This document shows, in pieces, positions 37,127 through 46,517 of a stretch of DNA of 64,000 bases; positions within the stretch are counted from its first letter, which is position 1; each line of letters starts with the position of its first letter. Position numbers and translations under genes: made by a program. Below the pieces are notes generated by a model. That model made no database searches. It was not told the DNA's origin and worked only from the letters and a program-made list of their open reading frames with translations. The stretch spans positions 1 through 64,000 of IMG/VR virus record IMGVR_UViG_3300028177_000003, one strand, 5' to 3'. The DNA is from a virus.

Positions 37127-39067
37127 TCACGAGCGACCTCCCAGCCGGGTCCACATCTCGTCAACGGTGAGGATCTCAACGCCGAGGTCCAGCGCGTTCT
37201 TCACCTTGCCCGTCGTCTTGGCGGGCTTGCCGTTCACCAGGAGGGTGGTGTTCCGGCTGACACCGGAGGCGATGCGTCCGCCCTCGGCCACGATCTTCGC
37301 GGCCATGTCCGCGTCGCGGAAGTTGGTCATGCAGACCGCCTGGCCGGTCATCGAGGAGCCAGTCGCGGCTACCTTGACGGGCTTGATGATCTGGACGCCC
37401 GAGGCCAGGATGTGGAGCATCAGGGGCTTGCGCTCCTCGAACCCGGCGCGGAAGGCAGCCGCCCGCCCGGCACCGAAGCCCGGCACCGAAGCCATCTCCG
37501 CCTCGGTGACCGAGGCCAGCTTGTTGAGGTCGTCGTAGCCCGCGTCCACCAGGAGGCTGACCATCTTGCGTCCGACCAGGTTGATGCCCAGCGAGCCGAC
37601 GAAGAGGTCAACCGGCATGGTGCGGGAGTTGTTCAGCGAGGCGATGACGCGCTTGGCGTTGCCCCCGAACCGACGCCCGTCGATTTCGAAGTTCGCCAGC
37701 TCAGTCTCGTCGAGTCCGTACAGCCCCGCGATGTCCGAGATCACACCCGCTTCCACCAGGGCGCGGACCAGGGCCTCTCCGAGGTGGAGGATGTTCACCT
37801 TCTCGACCCAGCGGAGGATCATCCCGATGACGCGAGCCCCGCAGTCGGGACCGTAGCACATCAAGTACTCACCCTCAGCCCCGGTGAGGCCCTTGCACAT
37901 CTCCAGGGTGTAGCCGCAAGTGGGGCAGCTGGTCGGGGTGGTGAACGGGGTTCCGCCCGCCGAGGACAGCACGCTGGCCACGCGGGGGATCACGTCGTTC
38001 TGTCGCGCTGCCTCGATGAGGTCGCCGGGGTAGAGGTGGGGCACCCCGGCGTCCTGGGCCAGGCCCTCAACGTAGGCCACGTTGTAGAGGGAGGCGCGGG
38101 ACACCATGGCTCCGGCCAGCTCAACCGGGTCGAACTCAGCCACGGGGGTGATGCGCCCGGAGTTGCCGACCTGCCACACGATGTTGCGCAGGGTGCTGGC
38201 CTTGGACTCGTGAGGGAACTTCACCGCGACAGCGGCGCGAGGGCGCAAGCTGTGCGTCCCGTAGGACTCACGCTTGTCCGTGTCGTTGATCTCGACCACC
38301 CAGCCGTCGATGTCGTAGTCCAGCGCGGCACGGTCGCCCTTGATGTAGGCTTCGCGGAGCGCGATAAGGGACTGCGCCGTGACCAGACGAGAGTTGGGGA
38401 CTCGGAAGCCCTGGCTCACGAGGTCAGCCAGCTCACCCGCCCGGTCGCCGCAGGGGTGCTTCTCCAGGGTGAGGTTGTAGGCGATGACCGTGAGGTGCTT
38501 CGCCTTCTGCCAGTTGGACTGACGCTTCGCCGTGCCGCTGGCCGTGTTGCGGGTGTTCGACTCGCCGGGGAAGTGGGCCGCGAAGTCCGACTTGAGACAC
38601 ATGATCTCGGCGCGGACGTAGGCCATGCCGACCCAGGCGGTGCGCTGGGGCACTCCCTGCATCACCCGGACGTTGCGAGTGATGTCCTCGCCGACTTCGC
38701 CGTCGCCGCGAGTCTCAGCGCGCTCCAGGAGTCCGTCGTTGTAGGTGAGCAGCACCGAGATGCCGTCGAGCTTCTCGGTGGCGAGGAGCTGAACGATCCC
38801 GTAGGTGGCTGCCCACTTCAGAAAGGCGGCGTCGTCCTGCGCCTTGTCCAGCGATCCCATGGGGATGGGGTGCGCGACCTTTGCCCAGCCGGAATCAGCG
38901 GGAGCCCCGACCTTGGTCAGCGCGGGGTGAACCGGGTCCAGAGAACGGAGCTGGTCCTCAAGGGCGTCGTACTGGGCGTCCGACAGAATCGGCGCTCCGC
39001 CCCCGTAGTATGAGGCGCTGGCAGCGATGAGGCGCACGCCAAGCGCGTCGGCAGTCTGATTACTCAT
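37127..39067 (-). CDS. ligA: NAD-dependent DNA ligase
   Basis: SDAQYD, PMGSLDK, EKLDG, TRGDGEVGEDIT, RNTASG, DIDG, WQVGNSGRITPVA, C4 zinc finger, HhH and C-terminal BRCT. Confidence 0.96.
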   Translation of the reverse strand: MSNQTADALGVRLIAASASYYGGGAPILSDAQYDALEDQLRSLDPVHPALTKVGAPADSGWAKVAHPIPMGSLDKAQDDAAFLKWAATYGIVQLLATEKLDGISVLLTYNDGLLERAETRGDGEVGEDITRNVRVMQGVPQRTAWVGMAYVRAEIMCLKSDFAAHFPGESNTRNTASGTAKRQSNWQKAKHLTVIAYNLTLEKHPCGDRAGELADLVSQGFRVPNSRLVTAQSLIALREAYIKGDRAALDYDIDGWVVEINDTDKRESYGTHSLRPRAAVAVKFPHESKASTLRNIVWQVGNSGRITPVAEFDPVELAGAMVSRASLYNVAYVEGLAQDAGVPHLYPGDLIEAARQNDVIPRVASVLSSAGGTPFTTPTSCPTCGYTLEMCKGLTGAEGEYLMCYGPDCGARVIGMILRWVEKVNILHLGEALVRALVEAGVISDIAGLYGLDETELANFEIDGRRFGGNAKRVIASLNNSRTMPVDLFVGSLGINLVGRKMVSLLVDAGYDDLNKLASVTEAEMASVPGFGAGRAAAFRAGFEERKPLMLHILASGVQIIKPVKVAATGSSMTGQAVCMTNFRDADMAAKIVAEGGRIASGVSRNTTLLVNGKPAKTTGKVKNALDLGVEILTVDEMWTRLGGRS

Positions 39068-39090
39068 GGGGTATCTCTCCTACACTTCGA

Positions 39091-39118
39091 TTACGTCGGC
39101 TGGGGCGCGGGGGAACCC
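39091..39118 (-). promoter_or_regulatory. Phage bipartite promoter motif upstream of the ligase
   Basis: GGGTTCCC-N13-GACGTAA, 23 nt before ATG 39067. Confidence 0.75.
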
Positions 39119-39291
39119 TCCAAAATCCGTATTCAAGGGCGCTCGGGTCCGTCCTCGGGGTTCAGTACTCCCACTCGTCATCGCTCTCGCCGCCGAGCCG
39201 CTGGGAATCCAGGAGGTCATCCCCCACATCCGCCCGGTGAGCGGAGAGCTTGCGCAGGCGCTCCTGGAGGGGCTCCATATCCGCCAGGATT

Positions 39292-39516
39292 TCAGCTTCG
39301 GTCCTCATAATCCTCTCCTCGCAAAAGACGCTCGGCCTGGTTCTGGGTTAGGGTCTCCCGGAAAAGCTCCAGAAAGCGCTGGGAGTTCTCCCCCCAGATC
39401 TTCAATCCCAAGAAGAAGACAGACCCGTCCTTCTCGGCTTCCACGAGATACTGCTCCCCGGCCTTGAGTTGACCTATACGTTCTTCTGCAGTGGTGTTCC
39501 AGGCGAAAACCTTCAC
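39292..39516 (-). CDS. Hypothetical protein
   Basis: 74 aa; GTGA overlap with the CCA enzyme stop. Confidence 0.5.
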   Translation of the reverse strand: MKVFAWNTTAEERIGQLKAGEQYLVEAEKDGSVFFLGLKIWGENSQRFLELFRETLTQNQAERLLRGEDYEDRS

Positions 39517-41000
39517 GCTTCCCCCACGGGAAGGACCTGGGCCAGGATCTGGTCCGCGTCCAGGGTATCGTCACTGAACTGAAGCTCAAGGGCTTCGGCC
39601 AGGATCTTCCCGAACAGGGGACCCGGCTTCAGGCCAGCCTTGATCAGGTCTCGGCCCTGGACCTTCGGCTGGACCGCCGAGTTGTCCGCGTCGAACTTCT
39701 CGGCCCAGTCGAAGATCCGGCTGGAGGACTCGTGCTCCCAGTTGGGCGAACCCGAGGCCAGCGACCGGGAACCGTCGGGCACCGAAGCACACGAGTCACA
39801 CTGGCACATCCGGCCGATGAGGCGAAGGTCGCCCCCGGCCAGCTCCATGCCTCGAGCCAGGCGGGCGTATCCGCCCTTGCCTGCGTTTCCGGCACGCAGC
39901 GACCAGGGTCGCATGTGCATACCGACGATGCCTCGCACCAGGTTGATCAGCTTGGTGTTGTTCGTGAGTCGACGTAGGAACGTCTCCGACGGGTCCATGC
40001 CCGCCACGTCGTGCCCGTATGCCGTCCAGAGCATGTCCTCCGGCTGCTTGCCGTTCTCTTCCGCCAGCTTCTTGACCCGAGGGTCCTGCGCGGCGATCAT
40101 CTCGGGCGTGATCGTCTTCTCCGGCTTGCCCATGTCGTGCAGAAACACGCCGAACGCGAAGGCCGTGCGCTGGTGTTCCGGGATCTCATCTCGGATTTCG
40201 GCCATGGCGTCGGCGGCCAGGCAGGCGTGCGTCCAGACGTTTCCCTCGGGGTGCCACTCGGGGTGCTGGTCCGTCTCCCGCAGAGCGTTCAGCTCGGGGA
40301 ACATCTCGATGAGACCGGAGTCAACCAGGAAGTGCAGTCCCACCGAGGGACGCTCTGCCTTGAGGAGGAGCTTCTCAAACTCGGGGAGCAGACGCTCATG
40401 AGGCTCGAACGTCAGGGCCTCCCGCAGTCCCCGGATGAGGGTCATCGTCGCGGGGTCCACCGTCTTCGCCTTGCGAGCCAGCAGCTGCATTGCACGGAGA
40501 GCCCGCACAGGGTCCTGGGTGAACAGCTCAGCGTCCGTCGCACGGAGGATGCCCGCAGCGAGGTCAGCTTCACCGCCGAAGGGATCCTCCAGGGCTCCGG
40601 TGTCCAGGTTCACGGCCATTGCGTTGAGGGTGAAGTCCCGACGCCGTGCGGCTTCGGCCACGGTCATCGTGGGGTCCATCGCCGTCTGGAACTCGGGGTG
40701 GCTCGCACCGACATGGTTCGACGTACAGGGGACGTTGACGTCAACGTCGAACCCGTCGACCGTGATCTTGATGATCCCGAAGGACTTCCCGACCGTCTTG
40801 GGGTTGAGGTCCGCGAACAGCGTCTCCAGACGAGAGTAGCCCAGACCGAAGACCTCGAGGTCCCAGTCCTTCGGCTCCCGACCCTGAATGAGGTCGATGA
40901 CCGCGCCTCCGACCAGCATGGCCGTTCCGCCTGCGCCCTTGACGCGGCGAACGAGCTGGCGGACGGGTCCGGGGATGCGATGGATCTCGATGCTGGTCAT
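39513..41000 (-). CDS. cca: CCA-adding tRNA nucleotidyltransferase with HD domain
   Basis: LVGGAVID..KDWDLE, RRDFTLNAM, DPFGG and DPVRALR; HD domain HPEGNVWTH...LHDMGK; C-terminal GRDLIKAGLKPGPLFGKIL. Confidence 0.92.
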   Translation of the reverse strand: MTSIEIHRIPGPVRQLVRRVKGAGGTAMLVGGAVIDLIQGREPKDWDLEVFGLGYSRLETLFADLNPKTVGKSFGIIKITVDGFDVDVNVPCTSNHVGASHPEFQTAMDPTMTVAEAARRRDFTLNAMAVNLDTGALEDPFGGEADLAAGILRATDAELFTQDPVRALRAMQLLARKAKTVDPATMTLIRGLREALTFEPHERLLPEFEKLLLKAERPSVGLHFLVDSGLIEMFPELNALRETDQHPEWHPEGNVWTHACLAADAMAEIRDEIPEHQRTAFAFGVFLHDMGKPEKTITPEMIAAQDPRVKKLAEENGKQPEDMLWTAYGHDVAGMDPSETFLRRLTNNTKLINLVRGIVGMHMRPWSLRAGNAGKGGYARLARGMELAGGDLRLIGRMCQCDSCASVPDGSRSLASGSPNWEHESSSRIFDWAEKFDADNSAVQPKVQGRDLIKAGLKPGPLFGKILAEALELQFSDDTLDADQILAQVLPVGEA

Positions 41001-41019
41001 GCTTTCCTCTCGGAGGGTC

Positions 41020-41047
41020 TTACGTCGCGGGCTGCGTGAGGGAACCC
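41020..41047 (-). promoter_or_regulatory. Phage bipartite promoter motif upstream of cca
   Basis: GGGTTCCC-N13-GACGTAA, 19 nt before ATG 41000. Confidence 0.75.
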
Positions 41048-41114
41048 GGTTCAGTCAAGGGGGATGACTTCGTCGCCGTGCCACGGACACCTCAAAGGCA
41101 AGGGCTCCCAGAAC

Positions 41115-41142
41115 TTACGTCCCGTCTTCACCAGGGGAAGCC
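41115..41142 (-). promoter_or_regulatory. Second (tandem) bipartite promoter motif
   Basis: GGCTTCCC-N13-GACGTAA; its TAA is also the stop codon of the small ORF 41115-41294. Confidence 0.65.
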
Positions 41143-41294
41143 TCGGTCTTGAACACCAGGCGCACAGTCTGCTTCCGCCCCTTGTTGTTCACACGAACGA
41201 CCATCTCGGCGTCCTCGGGAATCTTCATGCCGTCCAGGAGAAGACTCCGGCGGAGATGCTTCTCGATCTCCGCCCACTCAAGTACCACTTGCAT
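41115..41294 (-). CDS. Small hypothetical protein (59 aa, not in ORF track)
   Basis: MQVVLEWAEIEKHLRRSLLLDGMKIPEDAEMVVRVNNKGRKQTVRLVFKTEASPGEDGT; RBS GGAGG. Confidence 0.55.
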   Translation of the reverse strand: MQVVLEWAEIEKHLRRSLLLDGMKIPEDAEMVVRVNNKGRKQTVRLVFKTEASPGEDGT

Positions 41295-41532
41295 CCCCTA
41301 CCTCCAGCTTCAGCATCTGGGCGACCTCTCGGGCCAGGAGTTCACCTTCGTCGTAGTCCTGTTCCGGGAACAGGAAGTCTCGTCGAGTGGCCTGGGTTCC
41401 GTCCGGGTAGAACCGTCCGTGCTCGTCTATGTTGGTCGGTTGCTCAACTCCCGGAGCGCCCCCGTGGGAGAGTCTCTGAACCTCCACGCATGCTGCAAGT
41501 AGCAACTGTCGTGCGATTCTGCTACTCGGCAT
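41278..41532 (-). CDS. Hypothetical protein
   Basis: 84 aa in an overlapping gene chain. Confidence 0.45.
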   Translation of the reverse strand: MPSSRIARQLLLAACVEVQRLSHGGAPGVEQPTNIDEHGRFYPDGTQATRRDFLFPEQDYDEGELLAREVAQMLKLEVGDASGT

Positions 41533-41998
41533 ACGGGTTCTCTTCGTCGAAGACCTTCAGCCACTCCTCCCACGCAGCCAGGACTTGTTCAGCAGACCAG
41601 GGTTCCACTGCCACGAGTTCCCAATCAACTTCGTAGTCGTACTCGTCCCCGTAGCAGGTCGACATAAAGGTCATGTCAATCAGGAAGGGCTGTCCGGGAG
41701 CGATGCCCATCTGAAGGAACTCGGCTACCAGAGCCTCGGTGTCGTGCGAAGCCTTCCCGGTGAACATGTAGTTGAGCAGATCCTCGTTCACCCACTCCCA
41801 CCACGGAGGGACAGGCCCGTCGCAGTCCAGGTGCAGGTGCAGCGAGTCCTCGAAGGCCTCAGGCACCATCCAGAAGCGTCCCGTGCCTCGTGTCCAGATA
41901 GCTCGCCCATCAGGGGAGGCCACTGGGTGAGAAGGCCACGGAGGGCTTTCGGGCCGAACAGGCTCCTCCATCTGGAAGATACCGCGCAGTGTGCTCAT
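41522..41998 (-). CDS. Hypothetical acidic protein
   Basis: Likely start MSTLRG at 41998, just after the upstream stop. Confidence 0.55.
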   Translation of the reverse strand: MSTLRGIFQMEEPVRPESPPWPSHPVASPDGRAIWTRGTGRFWMVPEAFEDSLHLHLDCDGPVPPWWEWVNEDLLNYMFTGKASHDTEALVAEFLQMGIAPGQPFLIDMTFMSTCYGDEYDYEVDWELVAVEPWSAEQVLAAWEEWLKVFDEENPYAE

Positions 41999-41999
41999 G

Positions 42000-42245
42000 T
42001 CATTGCCTCCGAAGTTGCAGGGGGACGACCCCTTGTCCGTAGTGACCCTTGTTCGGGGGCTCTCCGGCCAGGACCGCGTAGACCACGAGCATGTCGTCAT
42101 GGCGGCGCTTGTACCACATCCCTCGGGTGACGCGCTCCTCGTGGCGCCCACTCATCCCGGTGATCTCGGCTGCACCCGAGTTGAGAAGCTCACCGGTGCG
42201 CATGTCGTAGTAGGCGAGCCAACGCCGATCTTCGGGCTCAGCCAT
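42000..42245 (-). CDS. Hypothetical protein
   Basis: 81 aa; RBS AAGGA. Confidence 0.5.
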   Translation of the reverse strand: MAEPEDRRWLAYYDMRTGELLNSGAAEITGMSGRHEERVTRGMWYKRRHDDMLVVYAVLAGEPPNKGHYGQGVVPLQLRRQ

Positions 42246-42603
42246 GGTCCTTACCCTCGTGCAGTGCCAGGACAGCCTCGGTCCGGGCGTAGACCTCGTC
42301 GGGGTCCATCTCCCGGAGAAGCTCCTTCATTCCGAACCGCATCGCCAGGTTCCGAATGAGCTGTGTCTTGGACGCACAGCTGACAGCGGGGTCGGGCAGA
42401 AGCGGGTGCTCGTAGTTGAGGACCTCCTCCCCGCCCTCGGATCGGCGGATCGCTCCCCGCAGTTCTCCTGGCGACAGAATGAACGGTCTTCCTCTCTCCG
42501 GGGTCGTGAGGATGAAGCTCAGGAGACGGGTCAGGGCGTTCTGCTTGTCCCCGGTGAGTCCGTCGCCCAGGACGATCTCGAGGTCGATAATGGGGTTGCT
42601 CAT
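42238..42603 (-). CDS. Hypothetical protein
   Basis: 121 aa; RBS GGAG. Confidence 0.55.
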   Translation of the reverse strand: MSNPIIDLEIVLGDGLTGDKQNALTRLLSFILTTPERGRPFILSPGELRGAIRRSEGGEEVLNYEHPLLPDPAVSCASKTQLIRNLAMRFGMKELLREMDPDEVYARTEAVLALHEGKDHG

Positions 42604-42606
42604 GAC

Positions 42607-42819
42607 CTACTCCAGCTTAATGAGGTTGATGAGGCCGAGCTGCCCAGGCCCTCCCTGGCGGAATGACACCTCGTACTCGCGACACAGGGTCGTGAGGTAG
42701 CTGGCCAGAGCCTCCACGCTGCAGACCCACTCCCCGTCTTTCTGCAGGCAGCCTGGAAAGGGTTGGGACTCGGGCTTCTGGCCGACGCGGTTTCGAATCT
42801 TGAAGAGGACAGGTGTCAT
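42607..42819 (-). CDS. Hypothetical protein
   Basis: 70 aa, downstream of the promoter motif. Confidence 0.5.
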   Translation of the reverse strand: MTPVLFKIRNRVGQKPESQPFPGCLQKDGEWVCSVEALASYLTTLCREYEVSFRQGGPGQLGLINLIKLE

Positions 42820-42845
42820 GAGGTTCCCTGCGGGAGTCGCTTGTG

Positions 42846-42873
42846 TTACGTCCGGGATGGGTCGGGGAAACCC
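42846..42873 (-). promoter_or_regulatory. Phage bipartite promoter motif
   Basis: GGGTTTCC-N13-GACGTAA, 26 nt before ATG 42819. Confidence 0.7.
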
Positions 42874-42879
42874 TGTGTG

Positions 42880-43437
42880 TCAGCGAGGCTCGTCATCGTC
42901 GTAGCACGACCCTTCATCGGAGTAGATGGTTGCCCCGTCCCGGGAGTAGTGCATGCCGAAGGTCCGGCCCCACATCCGGTCCACCGAGGAAGGACCGCGC
43001 CAGCCGCCAGGCCGCACGTTCGGGGCCCGCCCCCCACTGTAGACCTCGGTGTCGCCGTTCGGGTCTCGGGCGAACACGGCGTAGTTGTACACAGGGTAGC
43101 CGTTGGAGCGGTTCACGGAGCCGAGGATGCGCCAGCCCGTCCACGTGACTCCCGGCTCTACCTTGAGAAGCTCCACGAGCCAGGCAAGCACGTGCTCGTG
43201 CGAGGACGTGCGGAGGTATTCCTCCAGACCCATGCGTTCGGGCAGGTGCTTCTTGTTGACAGCGCTGGAGTGCTCGTGGTCCCAGGACCAGACACGATCT
43301 GAGTCAGCCGAGTGCAGCTTCTCCTCGTCGGTGTACTCCAGGGGGAAGTTGCTCTGGGCGATGTACATGTAGTTGGCCTTGCCGAACGACCCCATGTTCC
43401 CGGGGCGGTAGGGCTCGGCGATCATCACGATGGGCAT
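42880..43437 (-). CDS. Hypothetical protein
   Basis: 185 aa; typical codon usage; RBS GGAGGAG. Confidence 0.65.
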   Translation of the reverse strand: MPIVMIAEPYRPGNMGSFGKANYMYIAQSNFPLEYTDEEKLHSADSDRVWSWDHEHSSAVNKKHLPERMGLEEYLRTSSHEHVLAWLVELLKVEPGVTWTGWRILGSVNRSNGYPVYNYAVFARDPNGDTEVYSGGRAPNVRPGGWRGPSSVDRMWGRTFGMHYSRDGATIYSDEGSCYDDDEPR

Positions 43438-43440
43438 GAG

Positions 43441-43911
43441 CTACTCCTCCTCTTCGTTTACAAGGGCGGGCAGGGTGTCCTTGACCATGCGCCAGAAACT
43501 GGGGCACTCCTTGGCAACCCACCCTCGGAAGTACGCCGAGGTCACCAGGCCCTGCCAGAACAGGTCGTAGACCATACGCTCGGCGGTGCTTCCGACGACC
43601 TCGTGCTTGCACAGAGCCCCGCACATGACGATGCTGAAGTACTCAGGGAAGTCGGTGCCCTTCCCGTACTTGAAGTTCACGGTGGGGCTTCGCGGCCCGT
43701 CGACTCGGACCCGAATGAAGTTCTCGTCCAGGAGGATCAGAGTGTCCTCGGCTCGCAGGTAGAAGCTGCCCCAGGTCAGGTGGGGGTCCGTGTTAGGGAC
43801 AAGCTTCCACCGACGCTTCTCGAGGATGGACCCTGAAATCGAGCCCGGAGTGTCAGGCTCCGTCTTGACCTCAAGATTCGTCAGCCAGTGCTCGCGGTGT
43901 ATGTCGCTCAT
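43441..43911 (-). CDS. Hypothetical protein
   Basis: Likely start MSDIHRE at 43911 with RBS AGGAG. Confidence 0.6.
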   Translation of the reverse strand: MSDIHREHWLTNLEVKTEPDTPGSISGSILEKRRWKLVPNTDPHLTWGSFYLRAEDTLILLDENFIRVRVDGPRSPTVNFKYGKGTDFPEYFSIVMCGALCKHEVVGSTAERMVYDLFWQGLVTSAYFRGWVAKECPSFWRMVKDTLPALVNEEEE

Positions 43912-43932
43912 GGGGATTCTCCTACAGAACAC

Positions 43933-43960
43933 TTACGTCGGTCCGGAGCCGAGGGAACCC
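43933..43960 (-). promoter_or_regulatory. Phage bipartite promoter motif
   Basis: GGGTTCCC-N13-GACGTAA, 21 nt before ATG 43911. Confidence 0.75.
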
Positions 43961-43967
43961 CCAGGGC

Positions 43968-44390
43968 TTAGTCCCTCTCCAGAAGAACGTCGACGGCCTC
44001 GCTGAGTCCGGGAAACAGGGGCTCGGGGAGGTCGCTCAAAGGGAACCACTCCCACTTCTCACACTTGTGGGGTTCCATGACCTTCGGAACACCCGCCCAC
44101 TGGTAGTCGTGGGACACGTGGTAAAGGGTGACACCACGGGCTTCGATCTCGGGATGGTCCTCGGTCGTCCAGTGGAACTGCTGCGCCTTGTGGACTGTGA
44201 GGCCTGCTTCCTCGAGAGCCTCGCGCTGGCATGTCACCAGAGTGGACTGGTCAGGACGATCTATCCATCCGCCGGGGAAGGACCAGTGGCCCGCTCGGTG
44301 AGCCCCCTTCCGCTTCCCCAGGAGGATCTCGCGCTTCTCGTTCAGCACGATGAGGGCTACACCCACACCAACGTCGTTCGGTCTCGGCAT
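43968..44390 (-). CDS. Nudix hydrolase (MutT/NUDT15-like)
   Basis: VGVGV..ILLGKR..WSFPGG...REALEEAGL...MEPHKCEKWEWF. Confidence 0.9.
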   Translation of the reverse strand: MPRPNDVGVGVALIVLNEKREILLGKRKGAHRAGHWSFPGGWIDRPDQSTLVTCQREALEEAGLTVHKAQQFHWTTEDHPEIEARGVTLYHVSHDYQWAGVPKVMEPHKCEKWEWFPLSDLPEPLFPGLSEAVDVLLERD

Positions 44391-44469
44391 GGCAGCCTCC
44401 TGCAGGGATGTTACCTTCCTGCGGGTCTCCGAGCCTCTTCGGTAGGTTCCCTATGCCCGGGATCGAGTC

Positions 44470-44937
44470 ATGGGAAAACTCGTAAGTGCCTACTTCTCGC
44501 CGGATCGGGGTTGCGACGATGTCGTAATCGGGTTCATTGACCACTGCGATACTTTTCTGGACGTGGCGATCTATTCGCTGACGCACGACCCGATTGCGGA
44601 CGCTTTCATCCGGGCGCACCAGCGCGGGTGCAAGGTTCGTGTCCTGATGGACAAGTCCCAGGCGGGGAACAGGTACGCTGACGACGAGAAGCTCGAGGCT
44701 GCCGGGATTGAAGTGCGCCGGGACCACCAGAAGGGGGTCATGCACAACAAGTTCCTCATCGGGCCCGCACGGAAGCGAGGCAAGGCAGTCCTCACGGGCT
44801 CGTACAACTTCACCAAGAACGCAACGTACAGCAACACCGAGAACTTCGTGGTCCTCCGGTTGCAGTACATCGCGAATGAGTACCAGACTGAGTTCGACCG
44901 TCTCTGGGTGGCCGACGCCCCCCTGGAGACCGACTGA
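44470..44937 (+). CDS. Phospholipase D/nuclease (Nuc-like, single HKD-type motif)
   Basis: YFSP, LDVAIYSLT, GCKVRVLMD, MHNKF and TGSYNFT..A..N.EN. Confidence 0.85.
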   Translation: MGKLVSAYFSPDRGCDDVVIGFIDHCDTFLDVAIYSLTHDPIADAFIRAHQRGCKVRVLMDKSQAGNRYADDEKLEAAGIEVRRDHQKGVMHNKFLIGPARKRGKAVLTGSYNFTKNATYSNTENFVVLRLQYIANEYQTEFDRLWVADAPLETD

Positions 44938-44967
44938 ACACGGTGCTGCTAACATCCCATCCGACAG

Positions 44968-45810
44968 GTGACTAACATGGCACGACCCACCATTCGCAAG
45001 GGCAGTAAGGGACAAGACGTCACCGACTGCCAGAACCTCCTTCTCAAGCACGGCCACGCCCTGGGCAAGTACGGGGCTGACGGCGACTTCGGCAGCAGCA
45101 CGCACAATGCTGTCATGCAGTTCCAGGCCTCCCGGAACCTCAGTGCGGACGGCATCGTCGGCAAGAACACCTGGAAGCAACTCGAAGGCTCGTCCAACTC
45201 GAAGGCTCAGGACATCGGCGACGACGCTGGGGTCTCTTCTGCGAAGGAGAAGCTCGCAGCCAAGATCCCTGCAGGGATCGGCGAGCAGCGCACCAAGGCT
45301 CTGAAGCACGCAGTCTCCTTCCTGGGCGCGGACGAGATCCCGGACGGCTCCAACTGGGGTGCTGAGATTCAGCCCGTGGTCGAGGGCTACAACGAGTTCT
45401 GGGGTGTGAGCACCGCGCAGTACGGACGCATGGCCTGGTGTGCGATGTTCTGCTCCACCTGCATCGCCGTGGGGAGCGGCGGGGGCACTCTGTCCAAGGA
45501 CATGGACTGGACCAAGGCTCCTATGAAGAAGTTCTTCGGAGGCGCCAGCCAGTACGAAGACTGGGGCAAGAAGAACGGCATGTGGGTGGAAGAGACCCAG
45601 GCTGCTCCCGCAGGCTCCGTCTTCAGCATGGCTCGCGGCGGGTCAAACTCCGACCCCGCGCAGACCGCGAAGGCCGGTCACGTCGGGATGGTCGTCTGCG
45701 ACAACGGCAACGGGACGGTCACGACCATCGAGGGGAACGTCAGCAACGGCTGCCGCTCCTACACCCGCAAGAAGGCGGACCTCCACGGCTTCATCCAGTG
45801 GTGGAAGTAA
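44968..45810 (+). CDS. Endolysin: PG-binding-1 domain plus CHAP amidase
   Basis: KGSKGQDV..Q..L...DGDFG..T..AV..FQ....L.ADGIVG..TW; CHAP motifs WCAMF, GHVGMV and TIEGN. Confidence 0.88.
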   Translation: MTNMARPTIRKGSKGQDVTDCQNLLLKHGHALGKYGADGDFGSSTHNAVMQFQASRNLSADGIVGKNTWKQLEGSSNSKAQDIGDDAGVSSAKEKLAAKIPAGIGEQRTKALKHAVSFLGADEIPDGSNWGAEIQPVVEGYNEFWGVSTAQYGRMAWCAMFCSTCIAVGSGGGTLSKDMDWTKAPMKKFFGGASQYEDWGKKNGMWVEETQAAPAGSVFSMARGGSNSDPAQTAKAGHVGMVVCDNGNGTVTTIEGNVSNGCRSYTRKKADLHGFIQWWK

Positions 45811-45858
45811 ATAGTCCTGCTATCCCACGGTAGAGCTACCTTCTACGGAGTCTCCCCG

Positions 45859-46245
45859 ATGCCCAAGTCTCTCACTGCTTCAGATCGTTCCTCTCTCATC
45901 AAGCTGGCCCACTCCCTGGAGAAGGGGAGCGAGGAGAGGAAGGCGATCCTGGCTGGGCTCAAGAAGCTCGGAGGGGCCGGATCCTACCCTGAGTGGAATA
46001 GCGATCGGGAACGGTGGGACAAACGTGGGTGGAAGCTGGTCTGGGAATCGGAAGACCTTGCGTGGATGCAACGCGGGGTTTTGATCATCTACAACCAGAT
46101 GGGTTGGAGTCCCCGAGTATGGGAATACCACCAGCCGGTGTCTGGGAATGCCCAGGCTGTTAAGATTGTAGAGGACGCTCTTGAAAAGGCCCGGTGGAAT
46201 ACTGAAAAGTTGGATCCCTCGGAGTGGGAACAAGTTCTGTTCTGA
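45859..46245 (+). CDS. Hypothetical protein with shared 36-aa N-terminal leader
   Basis: N-terminus nearly identical to that of 46518-46910; RBS GGAG. Confidence 0.7.
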   Translation: MPKSLTASDRSSLIKLAHSLEKGSEERKAILAGLKKLGGAGSYPEWNSDRERWDKRGWKLVWESEDLAWMQRGVLIIYNQMGWSPRVWEYHQPVSGNAQAVKIVEDALEKARWNTEKLDPSEWEQVLF

Positions 46246-46247
46246 GC

Positions 46248-46436
46248 TTACGGCTCCAACGAGCCCTCGGCAGCCGGGGGCTCCCAAGCGCCCCTGTAGG
46301 CTCCCTCGTCCAGGACGGCAGGCTTCGTCTTGCCGCACTTGTAGCAAGAGCTGGTGTAGTAGTTCCCCTGCACCTTCGTCTTGAGCTTCTTCTTGCCTCC
46401 GCAAGAGTAGCAGTCAGATTTGAAGATGTAGGTCAC
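46248..46436 (-). CDS. Small zinc-ribbon protein
   Basis: CYSC...CYKC; RBS GGAGGAGG; has its own promoter motif. Confidence 0.65.
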   Translation of the reverse strand: MTYIFKSDCYSCGGKKKLKTKVQGNYYTSSCYKCGKTKPAVLDEGAYRGAWEPPAAEGSLEP

Positions 46437-46452
46437 GCCTCCTCCGTAGGTG

Positions 46453-46480
46453 TTACGTCCGAAGGTGGCGCGAGGAAGCT
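46453..46480 (-). promoter_or_regulatory. Phage bipartite promoter motif
   Basis: AGCTTCCT-N13-GACGTAA, 16 nt before GTG 46436. Confidence 0.65.
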
Positions 46481-46517
46481 ACCTCCCCGGTAGGTCTGCC
46501 TTCTACGGAGTCTCCTC

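Noticed and set aside
37412-39013. 533-aa plus-strand ORF, and similar long antisense ORFs (e.g. 40011-41039, 59158-60219, 4651-5559)
   Set aside because: These are antisense shadows of GC3-rich genes (ligase, cca, actin-like, giant ORF), with no motifs of their own.
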